From the human T2T-CHM13v2.0 reference genome, Homo sapiens: a DNA stretch of 64,000 bases. Under the pieces are notes generated by a model. That model was not told the origin of the DNA. It did not search any database and worked only from the letters and a program-made list of their open reading frames with translations. The position numbers and the translations under genes were made by a program. Every line of letters starts with the position of its first letter. Positions within the stretch are counted from its first letter, which is position 1. The stretch is from assembly GCF_009914755.1 (NCBI RefSeq), contig NC_060928.1; one strand, given 5' to 3'. Positions 29,020 to 44,074 of this stretch are shown piece by piece.

Positions 29020-29913
29020 TCACACATAAACAAGATTAAAATTCAGGCTATGTTAAAATTGTTACCTATCATGTTGTAACAAATTTGCATTCTCAAAAAC
29101 AAATGTTATAGTAGAACTGACTGTGTAGTTCAGAGTATGGCAAAAGGTTATGTCCACGTGAACCATGAAATCAAGATGCAGAACATTTCCATCACCCCGA
29201 GAAGTTCACTTGTGCACTTTGCAGTGATACTTGCCCTCAGCCCAAGGCAACAATAGATTTTCTTCCTGTTACTATACTTCTTCCTGCTCTATAATTTCAT
29301 ATAAATGGGTCATATATAGTGTAATGCATATATTTTATGTCTGGCTTCTTTTGTTTAGAGTAATGTTTTTGAAATTCATCTATGTTGTTGTATGTTTCAA
29401 TCAGTCATTTGTTCTTTATTGCTGAGAAATATTTCATTGTATGTATATACCAAACATATTTATCCATTCACCTGTTGACAGACATTTGTGTTATTTCCAG
29501 CTTTCAGCTATTATAAATAAAACTTCTGTGAACATGTACTAACCTTTTTGTGGACATTTGCTTTCATTTTTCTTAAATATGAGTGGAACTACTGGGTCAT
29601 ATGGTAGGTATATGTTCAATTTCGTAAGAAACAACCAAATAGGTTTCAAAAGTGGCCATACCGTTTTATACTCCTACCAACAATATATAAACGTTGAAAT
29701 TGCTCCAGATGTTCAGGAATAGCTGGAATTTTTCATCTTTTTTATTTTAGCTATTCTGGTGGGTATATAGTGGTATATCATTATGGTTTTAATTTGCATT
29801 TTCCTGATGACTAATGATGTTGAACATTTTTTCAGGCATAACTAGCTATTCTTTTATCTCCTTTTGTAAAGTGTCTATTCAAATCCTTCTCCCTTATTAA
29901 AAACTGGGTTTTC
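29020..29913 (-). mobile_element. Ancient L1M 3' region (resumes at about 33250)
   Basis: CAGAACATTTCCATCACCCC...TATCCATTCACCTGTTGA...TTTGCATTTTCCTGATGACTAATGATGTTGAACAT. Confidence 0.8.
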
Positions 29914-30190
29914 CTAACGCAAGAACAGATGGCCAAATACCACATGTTCTCACTCATAGTGGGAGCTGAACAATGAGAACATGTGGACACAGAGAGGGAA
30001 ACAACACACAACTGGGGCCTGTCTGGGGGTGGGGGGAAAGGGGGAGGGACAGCATCAGGAAAAATAGTTAATACATGCTGGGTTTAATACTTAGGTGATG
30101 GGTTGATAGGTGCAGCAAACCACCATGACACACAAACCTGCTCATCCTGCGCATGTACCCCGGAACTTAAAAATAAAATTAAAAAAAGAA
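29914..30190 (+). mobile_element. Older L1PA 3' end (5'-truncated)
   Basis: CATGTTCTCACTCATAGTGGGAGCTGAACAATGAGAAC...GCATCAGGAAAAATAG...TGTACCCCGGAACTTAAAATAAAA. Confidence 0.88.
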
Positions 30191-30215
30191 AGAATGACTG
30201 AAAAAATAAAAAACC

Positions 30216-33022
<2,807 letters not shown>

Positions 33023-33249
33023 TTGTGTGAAAAAATAAAAAACCCAAAACATTAACAGCCTTTACTGTAGCAAAGACAAAAGCAAATTTAACAAAACGTA
33101 AAAAACTGGTCCATGAAGGTAAAGGGTTTTCGGATGTTCACTGTACTATTCTTTTTCAAAATTTTTCAAATTTTGAATAAGATTTCAAATTTTTCAAAAT
33201 AAAATTCAACACATTCAGCACAAAAAATAAAATAAAAAATTAGGTTTTC

Positions 33250-35165
33250 TTCTTATTGAGTTGTAAGAATACTTTCTGTAATCTCGTTTCAAGTCCTTTG
33301 TCAATATATACATGTTACAAACATTTTCTTCCATTTGTGGATTTACTTTTCACTTTCTTTCTTTCTTTCTTTCTTTTTGAGATGGAGTCTGGCTCTGGAG
33401 TGCAGTGGCGCAATCCCATCTCACTGCAACCTCCCACTCCCAGGTTCAAGAGATTCTCCTGCCTCAGTCTCCTGAGTAGCTGGGATTACAGGCACCCGCC
33501 ACCATGCCCGGCTCATTTTTGTATTTTTAGTAGAGACAGGGTTTCACCATGTTGGACCAGGCTGGTCTTAAACTCCTGGCCTCAGATTATCTGCCCACCT
33601 CAGCCTCCCAAAGTGCTGGGATTACAGGCATGAGCCACCGAGCCTGGGCCACTTTTCACTTTCTTAGCTGTATCTTTCAATGAGCAGAATTTTGTAATTT
33701 TCATAAAGTCCATTAAAAAATTTCATGCACAATTAGTGTTTTCTGTGTTCTAAGGTATCTTTTCCTTCCCCATAGTTACAAAAATTTTCTTCTGTGTTTT
33801 CCTCTATTATATTTCTTCTAAAAGGTATATAAGTTGTAATATTTACTTTTAGGTATAAGATACATTTCAAGTAAAATTTTAGCATGGTGTAATGATCAAA
33901 GTATAGTTTTTCTATTTATTGAACAAATATTCAATTGTCCCAGCATCATTTGTTGAGAAGACTATTTCTCTATCTTTGGAACCTTGATTAAAATAAAATA
34001 AATGTAAATGTATTGTTCTATTTTTTAACTCTCTACTTTGTTCCACTGATCTGATTATTGTGACTTATGGTAAGTCTTAAAATCACATAATATAAGCACT
34101 CCAACTTTGTTCTCCTTTTAAAACTTTATTCCAGTTATGTTAGGTCACCTAACATGTATTTCTATATAAGTTTTAGAATCAGCTTGTGAATTTCTACAAA
34201 AAATATTGCTGGAGATTAGATTTATATCCAACTGACACCTTAACAATATTGATTTTTCTAATCCATGAAATGGTGTATTTCTCAATTTATTTGCATCTTC
34301 TTGGATGGTTTTCAGAGAGAAAAATTTTGAGGAAGTTTGTTTCTATCCTAATTTGCTGAGAGTTTTTTTTTTCATGAATAGGTGTTAAAATTTTATCAAA
34401 TGATTTTTCTAAATCTATTTATAGGAACATATGGAGTTTTGTCTTTTTTTTTTTTTTAGTTTGTTAACATGGTGAATTACATTGATTGGTTTTCAAAGTT
34501 TAAACCAACCTTTTGTTTCTGGGATGAATTCCGCTTGGTCATAATGCATTATCCTTTTTATATGGTTCTAATTCAAATTTGATAATTTTATTAGAAACTT
34601 TTTCATCTAGGTTCAGAAGAGATACTGATCTTCAATTCTCTTTTCTTATAATAGTTTGACTCTCAGCATCAAGGTAGTGCTGGACTTATAAAATGAGCTG
34701 GGAAGTACTGGTTCTATTTTCTGAAACTTTCTGGTAAGGGAACTATTATGTTTTCCTCAAATTTGGCTAAAATTCAACAGTAAATCCATCTGGAGCTAGA
34801 GTGCTTTTTGTGGGAAGATTTTATTTTACCGTTTAAATTTATGTAATTAATACAGAGCTATTTAGATTTTTACAAAAATATTTCTTCTTTTACCGGTTTG
34901 GTTGTGTAATTTTTGACTGTCAAGGGATTGATCTATTTCATCTAAGTTGTCAAAATTATTGGAATAAATGTTTAAAATATTCCTTTATTATACCTATACT
35001 TTTAATATCTGTAATATTTACGGTGATGCTTCTCTTCCTTTTCTATACCTGAAATCTGTCTTCTCTCTTTTTTCATTGGTTTAAGCTGGCAGTTTATTAT
35101 TTTATCAATCATTTGTTAAAAGCAGCTTAGATTTTTTGACTTTTCTTTATTCTTTGTATATTTTC
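33250..35165 (-). mobile_element. Ancient L1M ORF2 remnant (continuation of 29020-29913), interrupted by an Alu
   Basis: TTATTGAGTTGTAAGA, CCCAGCATCATTTGTTGAGAAGAC, TTTTAGAATCAGCTTG, GGTCATAATGCATTATCC. Confidence 0.75.
33356..33650 (-). mobile_element. AluS
   Basis: Antisense Alu with (CTTT)n tail and TSD ACTTTTCACTTTCTT. Confidence 0.93.
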
Positions 35166-35169
35166 TATT

Positions 35170-36008
35170 TAATTGCAAATTTTATAGGAGCCTTATTAAG
35201 ATGTAATTCACATATCATACAATGTGGTCATTTAAAGTGTACACTCTGTTTTTTAGTATATTCAAAATTGTGCAACCACCACCATAATCAACTTGAGAAT
35301 AATTTCATAACTCCCCCCCAAAAAAATCTTTTATCTAGTCAGTCTTTTTTTTTTTTTAGCACAAGCATCCCCAGCTGTAGGCAACCACCAAACTACTTTC
35401 TAACTCTATAAATATCCTTTTTCTGGATGTTTCATATAAATGGAATAAAATAATATGTAACCTTTTGTTTCTGGCTTCTTTCACTTAGTATAACGCTCTT
35501 AAAGGTTCATCCATATTGCAGGATGTATCAGCACTTCATCTATTTATTTTTTTAACTCAAATTTTTTTAGCCATTAATTTATTTTTATTGTTGAATGATA
35601 TTCCATTGTGTAGATACATCACATTTCATTTATCCATTCTTTTTTTTTTTTTTTTTTTTTTTTTTGAGACGGAGTCTCGCTTTGTCGCCCAGGCTGGGCA
35701 TCTTTGTTCACTGCAAGCTCCGCCTCCCGGGTTCACGCCATTCTCCTGCCTCAGCCTCCCGTGTAGCTGGGACTACAGGCGCCCGCCACTACGCCCGGCT
35801 AATTTTTTGTATTTTTAGTAGAGACGGGGTTTCACCGTGTTAGCCAGGATGGTCTCTATCTCCTGACCTCAAGATCCGCCCGCCTTGGCCTTCCAAAGTG
35901 CTGGGATTACAGGCGTGAGCCACCGAGCCCGGCCTCATGTATCCATTCTTCAGCTGATGGACATTTGGGTTGTTTCCATTGTTTGGCTGTTATGAAAATG
36001 CTGCTATA
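35170..36008 (-). mobile_element. L1MB-like 3' end (resumes at about 39080), interrupted by AluY
   Basis: AGATGTAATTCACATATCATACAAT...TTTAAAGTGTAC...TGTGCAACCACCACCA...GATGGACATTTGGGTTGTTTCC. Confidence 0.8.
35640..35934 (-). mobile_element. AluY (small internal deletion)
   Basis: CTGCAAGCTCCGCC, TTCACGCCATTCTCC, GTTAGCCAGGATGG; CpG-rich; TSD TCAT(T/G)TATCCATTCT. Confidence 0.93.
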
Positions 36009-36009
36009 A

Positions 36010-36612
36010 TGTTGATTGTTTCCTTTGCTTCAGTTTCTAAATTTGAAATGATTCCATTTTTAAAATTTTTGCTTTTGCCGTCTATGCATTTGGGGTCATA
36101 TCTGAAAAACCATTGTCCAGATTAACATCAAGCTTTCTCCCATATTATCTTCTAGTGGTTTTACAGTTTCAGGTCTTACATTTATGTGTTTTGAGTTGAT
36201 TTTTGTATATGGTGTGAGATGAGGGTCCATTTATTCTTTTGCATGTGGATATCCACTTTTTCCAATACCTTTATTGAAGAAACTGTCCTTTCCCCATTGG
36301 ATGCTCTTGGCACCTTTGTCAAAGGTCAATTGACCATAAATGCATGGGCTTATTTCTGGGCTCTCTATTCTGTTCTATTGGTCTATGTGTCCGTGTTTAT
36401 GCCACCACCATACTGTTTTGAAGACTGTAGCTTGTAATTTTTTAAAATAAATCAGGTATTGCTATACCTCCAGCTTTGTTCTTTTTATGCAGCTATTTGG
36501 GGGTGTTTTGTGCTTCCATGGGAATTTTAGATTTTATTTTTCTATTTCTGTGAAAAATGCCACTGGGACCTTGATAGGGATTGCACTGAATTTGTCTAGG
36601 CTACTTTGGGTT
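36010..36612 (-). mobile_element. L1MA-like ORF2 segment (non-inverted part of a 5'-inverted L1)
   Basis: TTTCAGGTCTTACATTT...TTTATGCCACCACCATACTGTTTTG...GATAGGGATTGCACTGAATTTG. Confidence 0.8.
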
Positions 36613-39079
36613 TTGAAATTTCTAACAAAGAATTTTATAGTGCTAAACATCTCCATTTAAAAAAAGGATCTTAAATAAACATCGTAACTTTACATCTCAA
36701 GAAACTAGAAAAAAAAGAGAATAAACTCAGCCCAAATTTGGCAGAAGAAGGAAATATTGAAGATCAGAGCAGAGATAAATGAAATAGAGATGAGAAAAAT
36801 AATAGAAAAGATCAATGAAGCTAAGACTTGGTTTTTGGAGAAACTAAATTGACAAACTGTTAAGAAGCCTAAGTAAAAAATAAAAGAGAGAAGACTCAAA
36901 TAAATAAAATTATAAATGAAAGAAGAAACAATACAACTGTTACTACAGAAGTACAATAAGAGACTACTATGAGCAATTATATGCCAACAAATTGAATACC
37001 TAGAAGAAACAGGTTGATAAGATCCTAGAAACATATAACCTACCACCACTGAATCATGAAGAAATAGAAAATCTGGACAAACCAATAAAGAGTAAGGAGA
37101 TTGAAACAGTAATAAAAAGTCTCTCATCAAAGATAAACCCAGGACCTGACAGATTTAACTGCTGAATTCTACCAAACATTTAAAGGGCAATTAATGCCAA
37201 TCCTTCTCAAACTCTTAAAAAAATTGAAGAGGAAGGAGCAATTCCAAATGCATTCTTATGAGATCAGCATTATTCTGATATCAATGTCAAACAAGAACAC
37301 TACAAGAAAATTATAGGACAATTAATCCAATTAATTTTGTATCCAATTAATGTGGATACAAAAATCCTCAGCTTTGTGTGCAACTGTGTGTATCTTTCTC
37401 TTTCTTTTTACATTAATCTGTTACTCTCTAAAGAACGCAAGATCCCCAGAAGCAGCCACCACTTCCACTTTTTACTCAACTTTATATTTTTTACAGCCTG
37501 GCACACAAAGGTTTGTTTACCAGACTGACTGGCTGATTGGAAGTACTAAAAAATAGGAGTGTTCCTGCAACTAAGGGAAGTTTAGAGAAATGACAGGCAT
37601 AGAAGGTTTATATTTAAGCAAGAATAAAAACAATATGGTTTCCTTATATCAATTTGGACTCTCAGTTCCTGTCAGGCAAAGACTGTGTATTAATTTCTGT
37701 AGTTACTAAGGCACCTAATATAAGTGCGTTATATAAATCAATTCATTGCCATGTCTATAGTCTTCATGAAACCTAGCATAATACCTTTCATTTAGAAATG
37801 ACTGTTTTTTTGAATAAATAAATTTTAGGTCAACATAAAAAAAGTCCTCAACAAAATACTAGCAACCTGAATTGAACAGCATATTAAAAAATCATATACC
37901 TCATCAAAATACTAATAATACACATTTAAAAGGAGCCTACACCTTACTTTAATGACCAAGTGGGATTTACTTTGGGGATGCAAGGAAGGTTCAACATATG
38001 CAAATTAACAAATGTTGTACAACACATTAATAGAATGAAGGATAAAAATAATATGATCTTCTCAATACGTGCAGAAAAAGAATCTGACAAAATAAAACAT
38101 CCTTTCATGATAAAAACTCTCAACAAATTAGGTATAGAAAGAATGTTTCTCAACATAATAGAAACCATATATGTCAATCTATAACAAGCATCTTACTCGA
38201 TAATGAAAATTAGATGCTTTTTCTTTAAAATCAGGAACAAAACAAGGTGCCAATTCTTGCCACCTCTATTGAACATAGTAGTGGAAGTCCTAGCCAGGGC
38301 AAATAAATAAGAAAAAGAAATAAAAGACATCTAAATCATAAAGGAAGTAAAATTGTCTCTGTTTGCAGATGACATGATCTTAAATATAGAAAGCCCTAAA
38401 GACACCACCAAAAAACTGTTAGAAGTAAGAAATAAATTCAGTAAAGTTGCAGATACAAAATCAACATTAACAAATTAGTAGCATTTTTGTATACTCACAA
38501 CTATGTGAAAAAAATCAAGAAAACATTCTCATTCACAATAGCATAAAAATATTACTTAGAGATAAATTTAACTGAGTAACCAAATATCACCTGTTCCCCA
38601 AAAACCTATGGAAATAAATAAATAAAGCCACCAATGATACACATAAAAAAGAGGTTAAATTAATGACACTGCAAAGAAAAACTCAATGAGACAACAGGAC
38701 TAGTATTTCCAGAAAGTGAGAATCTTGATTGAATCCTGCTTGGGGGATGACACAGTAGCTATTTAAAAAAAGAGACAAGTGGAAAAATCTGAAATAAGGA
38801 CTTCATGTTAAATTAGGGAAGTATTTTAAGTGGGACAATGGTATTAAGGTTATATAGAATCACATTCTTAGGAGATGCATGGTTAAGTATTGTCATGTCT
38901 ATAAATTTCTTTGAAATAGTTCATATAAAGCAAATATTGCAAAATATTAAAAAAGGAAGAAATTTAACTGAGGAGGCAAAAGATCTGTATACTGAAAACT
39001 ATGAAACATTCATGAAAGAAACTGAAGATACAAATAAATGGAAAAATATCCCCTGTTCATGGATTAGAAGAGTTAATAT
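36613..39079 (+). mobile_element. L1MA-like ORF2 segment (inverted part), carrying two nested TSD-flanked inserts
   Basis: ORF2-like [51 protein letters not shown] and DTNKWKNIPCSWI. Confidence 0.82.
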
Positions 39080-40850
39080 GGCTTTTCACTTTCTTGATGG
39101 TGTCTTTGAAACACAAAATTTTGTACTTTAGGTGATGTCTGTTTTATCTGTTTTTTTCTTCTGTTGCCTGTGTTTTCAGTGTCTTATCTAAGAAACTCTT
39201 GCTTACTCCAAAGTCATGAAAATTAAAGGCTATGTTTTCTTCTAAGTGTGTTATAGCTTTGGCTCTTACATTTAGATATTTGATCTAATTTTAGTTAATT
39301 ATTTATATGATGTGGGGTCCAACTTCATTCTTTTGTGTGTGGATATCCAGTTGTCCTTGCACTATTTGTTGAAAAAAACAGATAATGGTGGAAAGCTCCA
39401 CTGAATTGTCTTAGCAATTTTGTTTTTGTTTGTTTTTGAACTCCTATCTGTAGCAGACTTAGCAACTTTGTTGAAAATCAAGTGACTGTAAATGTGAGGG
39501 TTTTTACCAAACTGTCCTGATTACTGTAGCTTTATAGTAAGTTTTGAAATCAGAAAGTGTGATTCCTCTTTGTTCATCTTAAGATTGTTTTGGCTATTTT
39601 GTATCTTTTACATTTCCATACGAATTGTAGAATTAGTTTATCAACATCTGCAAAGAGCCAGCTGGGGTTTTAATAAGAGTTGAATTGGATTTTTAGGTCA
39701 ATTTGTGGAGTATTGCCATCTTAGCAATATTAAATCTTTCTATTCATGAGCATGGATAGCTTTCCATTGACTTAGGCCTTCTTTACTTTCTTCAATGATG
39801 TGTAATAGTTTTCAGTATATAAGTCTTGTACTTTTGTTAAGTTTATTCATAGTTTCTTCTTTTTGATGATATTGTAAATAAAATTGTTGCCTCAATTTCA
39901 TTTTTGGGTTGTTCATTGGTAGCGTATAGGACTAGAGTTGATTTTGTTTATTGAGCTTATATCCAGCATCTTGTTGAACTTGATTATTATTTTAAATAGT
40001 TTTTTTTGTGTGTAGATATCATAAGATTTTCTGTATGCAAGATCATGTGATTAGACATAGTTTTACATCTTCCTTTGCAAACTGGATGCTTTTTATTTCA
40101 TTTTCTTTCTTAATTACCCTGGCCAGAACATCCAGAACAATATTGAATAGAAGTACCAAGTGTTAACATTCTCATTTTGTTTCTGGTCTTATAAGTAAAG
40201 CATTCACATTTTTTACCATTAAGTATGATGTTAGCTGGGTGTTTTTGTAGACACCTTTTATAAAAGTGTTGAGGAACTGTCCTTGTATTCTTAGTTTGTT
40301 AAGTGTTTTTTACCAGGAAGTGGTAAAAAAAACTTTGCTTTTTCTAGTGTCTTAAGGTGGGAGGTTAGTTTACTGATTTGATATATGTTTTCTTTTTTAA
40401 TGTAGGCATTTAAAACTGTAAGTTTTTCTTCAAGCACTGCTTTATCTGCATCCCATAAGGTTTGGTAGGTTGTATATTCATTTCCACTCATCTCAAAGTA
40501 TTTTCCAATTTTCCTTGTAATTTCTTATTTGACACATTATTTATTAATATTAGTGTGCTATTTAGTTTCTGCATATTTGTTAACTTCCTAAATTTACTTG
40601 TTATTGATTTATAATTTCATTCAATTGTGGTAGGTGGAGAACATACTTTGTATAATTTTAATCCTTTTGAATTGATTGAGGCTTGTGCTATAGTCTAGCA
40701 TATGGTCCATCCAAAAGAATGTTCTCTATGCACTTGAGAAGAATAGATATTCTGCTGTTGTTGAGTAGAGTGTTCTACAGAGGTTTGTTAGAGTTGGTTT
40801 AAGGTTGTTCAAGTATGCTACCATTTTATTAGATAATATTAGGCAATATC
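39080..40850 (-). mobile_element. L1MB-like ORF2 remnant
   Basis: TTTTCACTTTCTTGATGGTGTCTTTGAA, GATTACTGTAGCTTTATAGTAAGTTTTGAAATCAG, GCACTTGAGAAGAAT. Confidence 0.78.

Positions 40851-40852
<2 letters not shown>

Positions 40853-40890
<38 letters not shown>
40853..40890. repeat. (TG)n microsatellite
   Basis: Directly visible. Confidence 0.95.
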
Positions 40891-40894
<4 letters not shown>

Positions 40895-42018
40895 GCATAG
40901 TATCTGACTATTGTTTTTCTAAACCCATTTTCTCCCAGGTCCATTTTTTTTTAATTGTGGGGATTTGAATAGCACTGTAAGTTCTAGAAATACTAGCTAA
41001 GTTATAGAAGAGCTGGCTGTATGTATGAAGTGAATACATTTTATTTTAGGTAAACTATACCTCAGTAAAGTTGATTTAAAAATAAATTCATAATTCTAGG
41101 GAAAAGTTAAGTCGATAAGCTACCCTTCCTTAGGATAACAAATTAATTTATAAACGGAAAGCTTTTGAAGGCTTACCACTTTAAAAGAGATTAAAAGAAA
41201 ATCCATCACACTTTTTTCTAAATAGTATTTAAATTCATTTTTTTATCTCCAGTAGTCTTGTTATATAAATTTATCTTTTCTTTTTAAATTCTTGAGCAAA
41301 ATGCATCTGACTTTATTATTATTTTTTAAAGTTTAAAAAAGTTATCAATTGGCAATACCTGACCTTAAAATTCTAGCTGTCAGTCATCTCAGGCTAGAAA
41401 AGCATATTTACCAAAGGTTGTTCCTTAATTTAAAATACAGTGTTCTCACTCTTTGTGTTAATTTAAAAAGAAAGGGTTGATTTCAACTCTTGCTCTTCTC
41501 CTGATATTGCCTTTCAAGGTAAAAAGCAATTTTGGATAGATTAAAAGCCTAAATTAACCATTAAAAGCAGGTAGACTTGTCAAGTCATCTTAATGGATTC
41601 ATTGAGAATTCAAAAAAATAATAAATCATAGCCTTCATTATGTGTCTTTAGCTGGCAAGAAATCTTTTTTCAATGAGAAAGCTAATCATTAACAAATACG
41701 TGTTACCATGGGAAGATAATGTTTAGGTATACCATAGTTTTAACCCTCAACATCCTAAAGAAGAAAATTTAGCACAACAAAACCCTTTCACTGCCTACTA
41801 AAAGTAAAGCACAGTGTAAACCTGACTTAACTACAGTAGATAATTTTGAAGGTATGTTTTGAAATTGATGGCCCAATTTTATTTTATTTTTTTTATTATT
41901 TTTTTAAAATAGTAAATATTTTAATTTATTAAATTTATATTTATATTTAAAAGATAAAGGAGGAAAATAAAAGCATTTTATTATTATTATTTTTTTAAAA
42001 TAAAACTATATATATATA

Positions 42019-43708
42019 TTTTTTAATTGATCATTCTTGGGTGTTTCTCGCAGAGGGGGATTTGGCAGGGTCATAGGACAATAGTGGAGGGAAGGTCAGC
42101 AGATAAACAAGTGAACAAAGGTCTCTGGTTTTCCTAGGCAGAGGACCCTGCGGCGGCCTTCCGCAGTGTTTGTGTCCCTGGGTACTTGAGATTAGGGAGT
42201 GGTGATGACTCTTAACGAGAATGCTGCCTTCAAGCATCTGTTTAACAAAGCACATCTTGCACCGCCCTTAATCCATTTAACCCTGAGTTGACACAGCACA
42301 TGTTTCAGAGAGCACAGGGTTGGGGGTAAGGTCACAGATCAACAGGATCCCAAGGCAGAAGAATTTTTCTTATTACAGAACAAAATGAAAAGTCTCCCAT
42401 GTCTACTTCTTTCTACACAGACACGGCAATCATCCGATTTCTCAATCTTTTCCCCACCTTTCCCCCCTTTCTATTCCACAAAACTGCCCTTGTCATCATG
42501 GCCCGTTCTCAATGAGCTGTTGGGTACAACTACCGGACGGGGTGGTGGCCGGGCAGAGGGGCTCCTCACTTCCCAGTAGGGGCGGCCGGGCAGAGGCGCC
42601 CCTCTCCTCCCGGACGGGGCGGCTGGCCGGGCAGGGGGCTGACCCTCCACCTCCCTCCCGGACGGGGCAGCTGGCCAGGCAGGGGGCTGATCCCCCCACC
42701 TCCCTCCCGGACGGGTTGGCTGGCCGGGCGGGGGCTGACCCCCTCACCTCCCTCCTGGACGGGGCGGCTGGCCTGGCGGGGGCTGACCCCCACCTCCCTC
42801 CCGGACGGGGTGGCTGCCGGGCGGAGACGCTCCTCACTTCCCAGACGGGGTGGCTGCCGGGTGGAGGGGCTCCTCACTTCTCAGACGGGGTGGCTGCCGG
42901 GCGGAGGGGCTCCTCACTTCTTAGACGGGGTGGTTGCCAGGCAGAGGGTCTCCTCACTACTCAGACGGGGCGGCCGGGCAGAGGCACTCCCCACATCTCA
43001 GACGATGGGCCGCCGGGCAGAGACGCTCCTCACTTCCTAGATGGGATGGCGGCCCGGAAGAGGCGCTCCTCACTTCCTAGATGGGATGGCGGCCGGGCAG
43101 AGACGCTCCTCACTTTCCAGACTGGACAGCCAGGCAGAGGGGATCCTCACATCCCAGACGATGGGCGGCCAGGCAGAGACGCTCCTCACTTCCCAGACGG
43201 GGTGGCGGCCGGGCAGAGGCTGCAATCTCAGCACTTTGGGAGGCCAAAGCAGGCGGCTGGGAGGTGGAGGTTGTAGCGAGCCGAGATCACGCCACTCCAC
43301 TCCAGCCTGGGCACCATTGAGCACTGAGTGAACGAGACTCCGTCTGCAATCCTGGCACCTCGGGAGGCCGAGGCTGGCAGATCACACGCGGTTAGGAGCT
43401 GGAGATCAGCCCAGCCAACACAGCGAAACCCCGTCTCCACCAAAAAAATATGAAAACCAGTCAGGTGTGGCGGCGCGCGCCTGCAATCGCAGGCACTTGG
43501 CAGGCTGAGGCAGGAGAATCAGGCAGGGAGGTTGCAGTGAGCCGAGATGGCAGCAGTACAGTCCAGCTTCGGCTCGGCATCAGAGGGAGACCGTGGAAAG
43601 AGAGGGAGAGGGAGACCGTGGGGAGGGGGAGAGGCAGAGGCAGAGGCAGAGGGGCAGAGGGGCAGAGGGGCAGAGGGGCAGAGGCAGAGGCAGAGGCAGA
43701 GGCAGAGG
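42019..43708 (-). mobile_element. Full-length SVA retrotransposon (hexamer repeat, Alu-like domain, VNTR, SINE-R; probably SVA_C/D)
   Basis: SINE-R end TTGATCATTCTTGGGTGTTTCTCG; GC-rich VNTR at about 42530-43220; Alu-like domain at about 43220-43620; (AGAGGC/AGAGGGGC)n at 43630-43708. TSD CCAATTTTA at 41873-41881 and 43709-43717. Confidence 0.96.
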
Positions 43709-44074
43709 CCAATTTTAATATTAAGGTCAGCAAACACCATTAAGCGTCTAGCTGTAAGAACTAAAATAACAAGGGTGAGTGATTAATGCTGTCATTGTTT
43801 TTCTAATTTTTTATTTTAATAGATCTGTCTTGGATGGTTAATTCTAGATGATAATGTTAAGTTTCTCATAATTTGGTGGAAATACTGACATGAAATAGCT
43901 GGAAATACTGATATGTATAAAAACAAATGAACACTCTCTAAAAATACACGTCTTATCAAAAGAGTGAACAGTTTTTTTGGGTAAATTTTAGCTTAAAGAT
44001 TTAGTCTAGATGTAAGTTAAGGAAACTTTATCCTGTTGTTTTTGCCTCAGAGGTTCTTCTTCCTTTCTTCTTTC

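Noticed and set aside
42530-43220. CRISPR-like repeats (GCTCCTCACTTCCCAGACGGGG units)
   Set aside because: This is the SVA VNTR: units are tandem and related to each other, with no unique spacers.
42496-43786. Cluster of long GC-rich overlapping ORFs (up to 254 aa)
   Set aside because: They arise from the stop-poor SVA VNTR, Alu-like and hexamer domains and are open in several frames on both strands.
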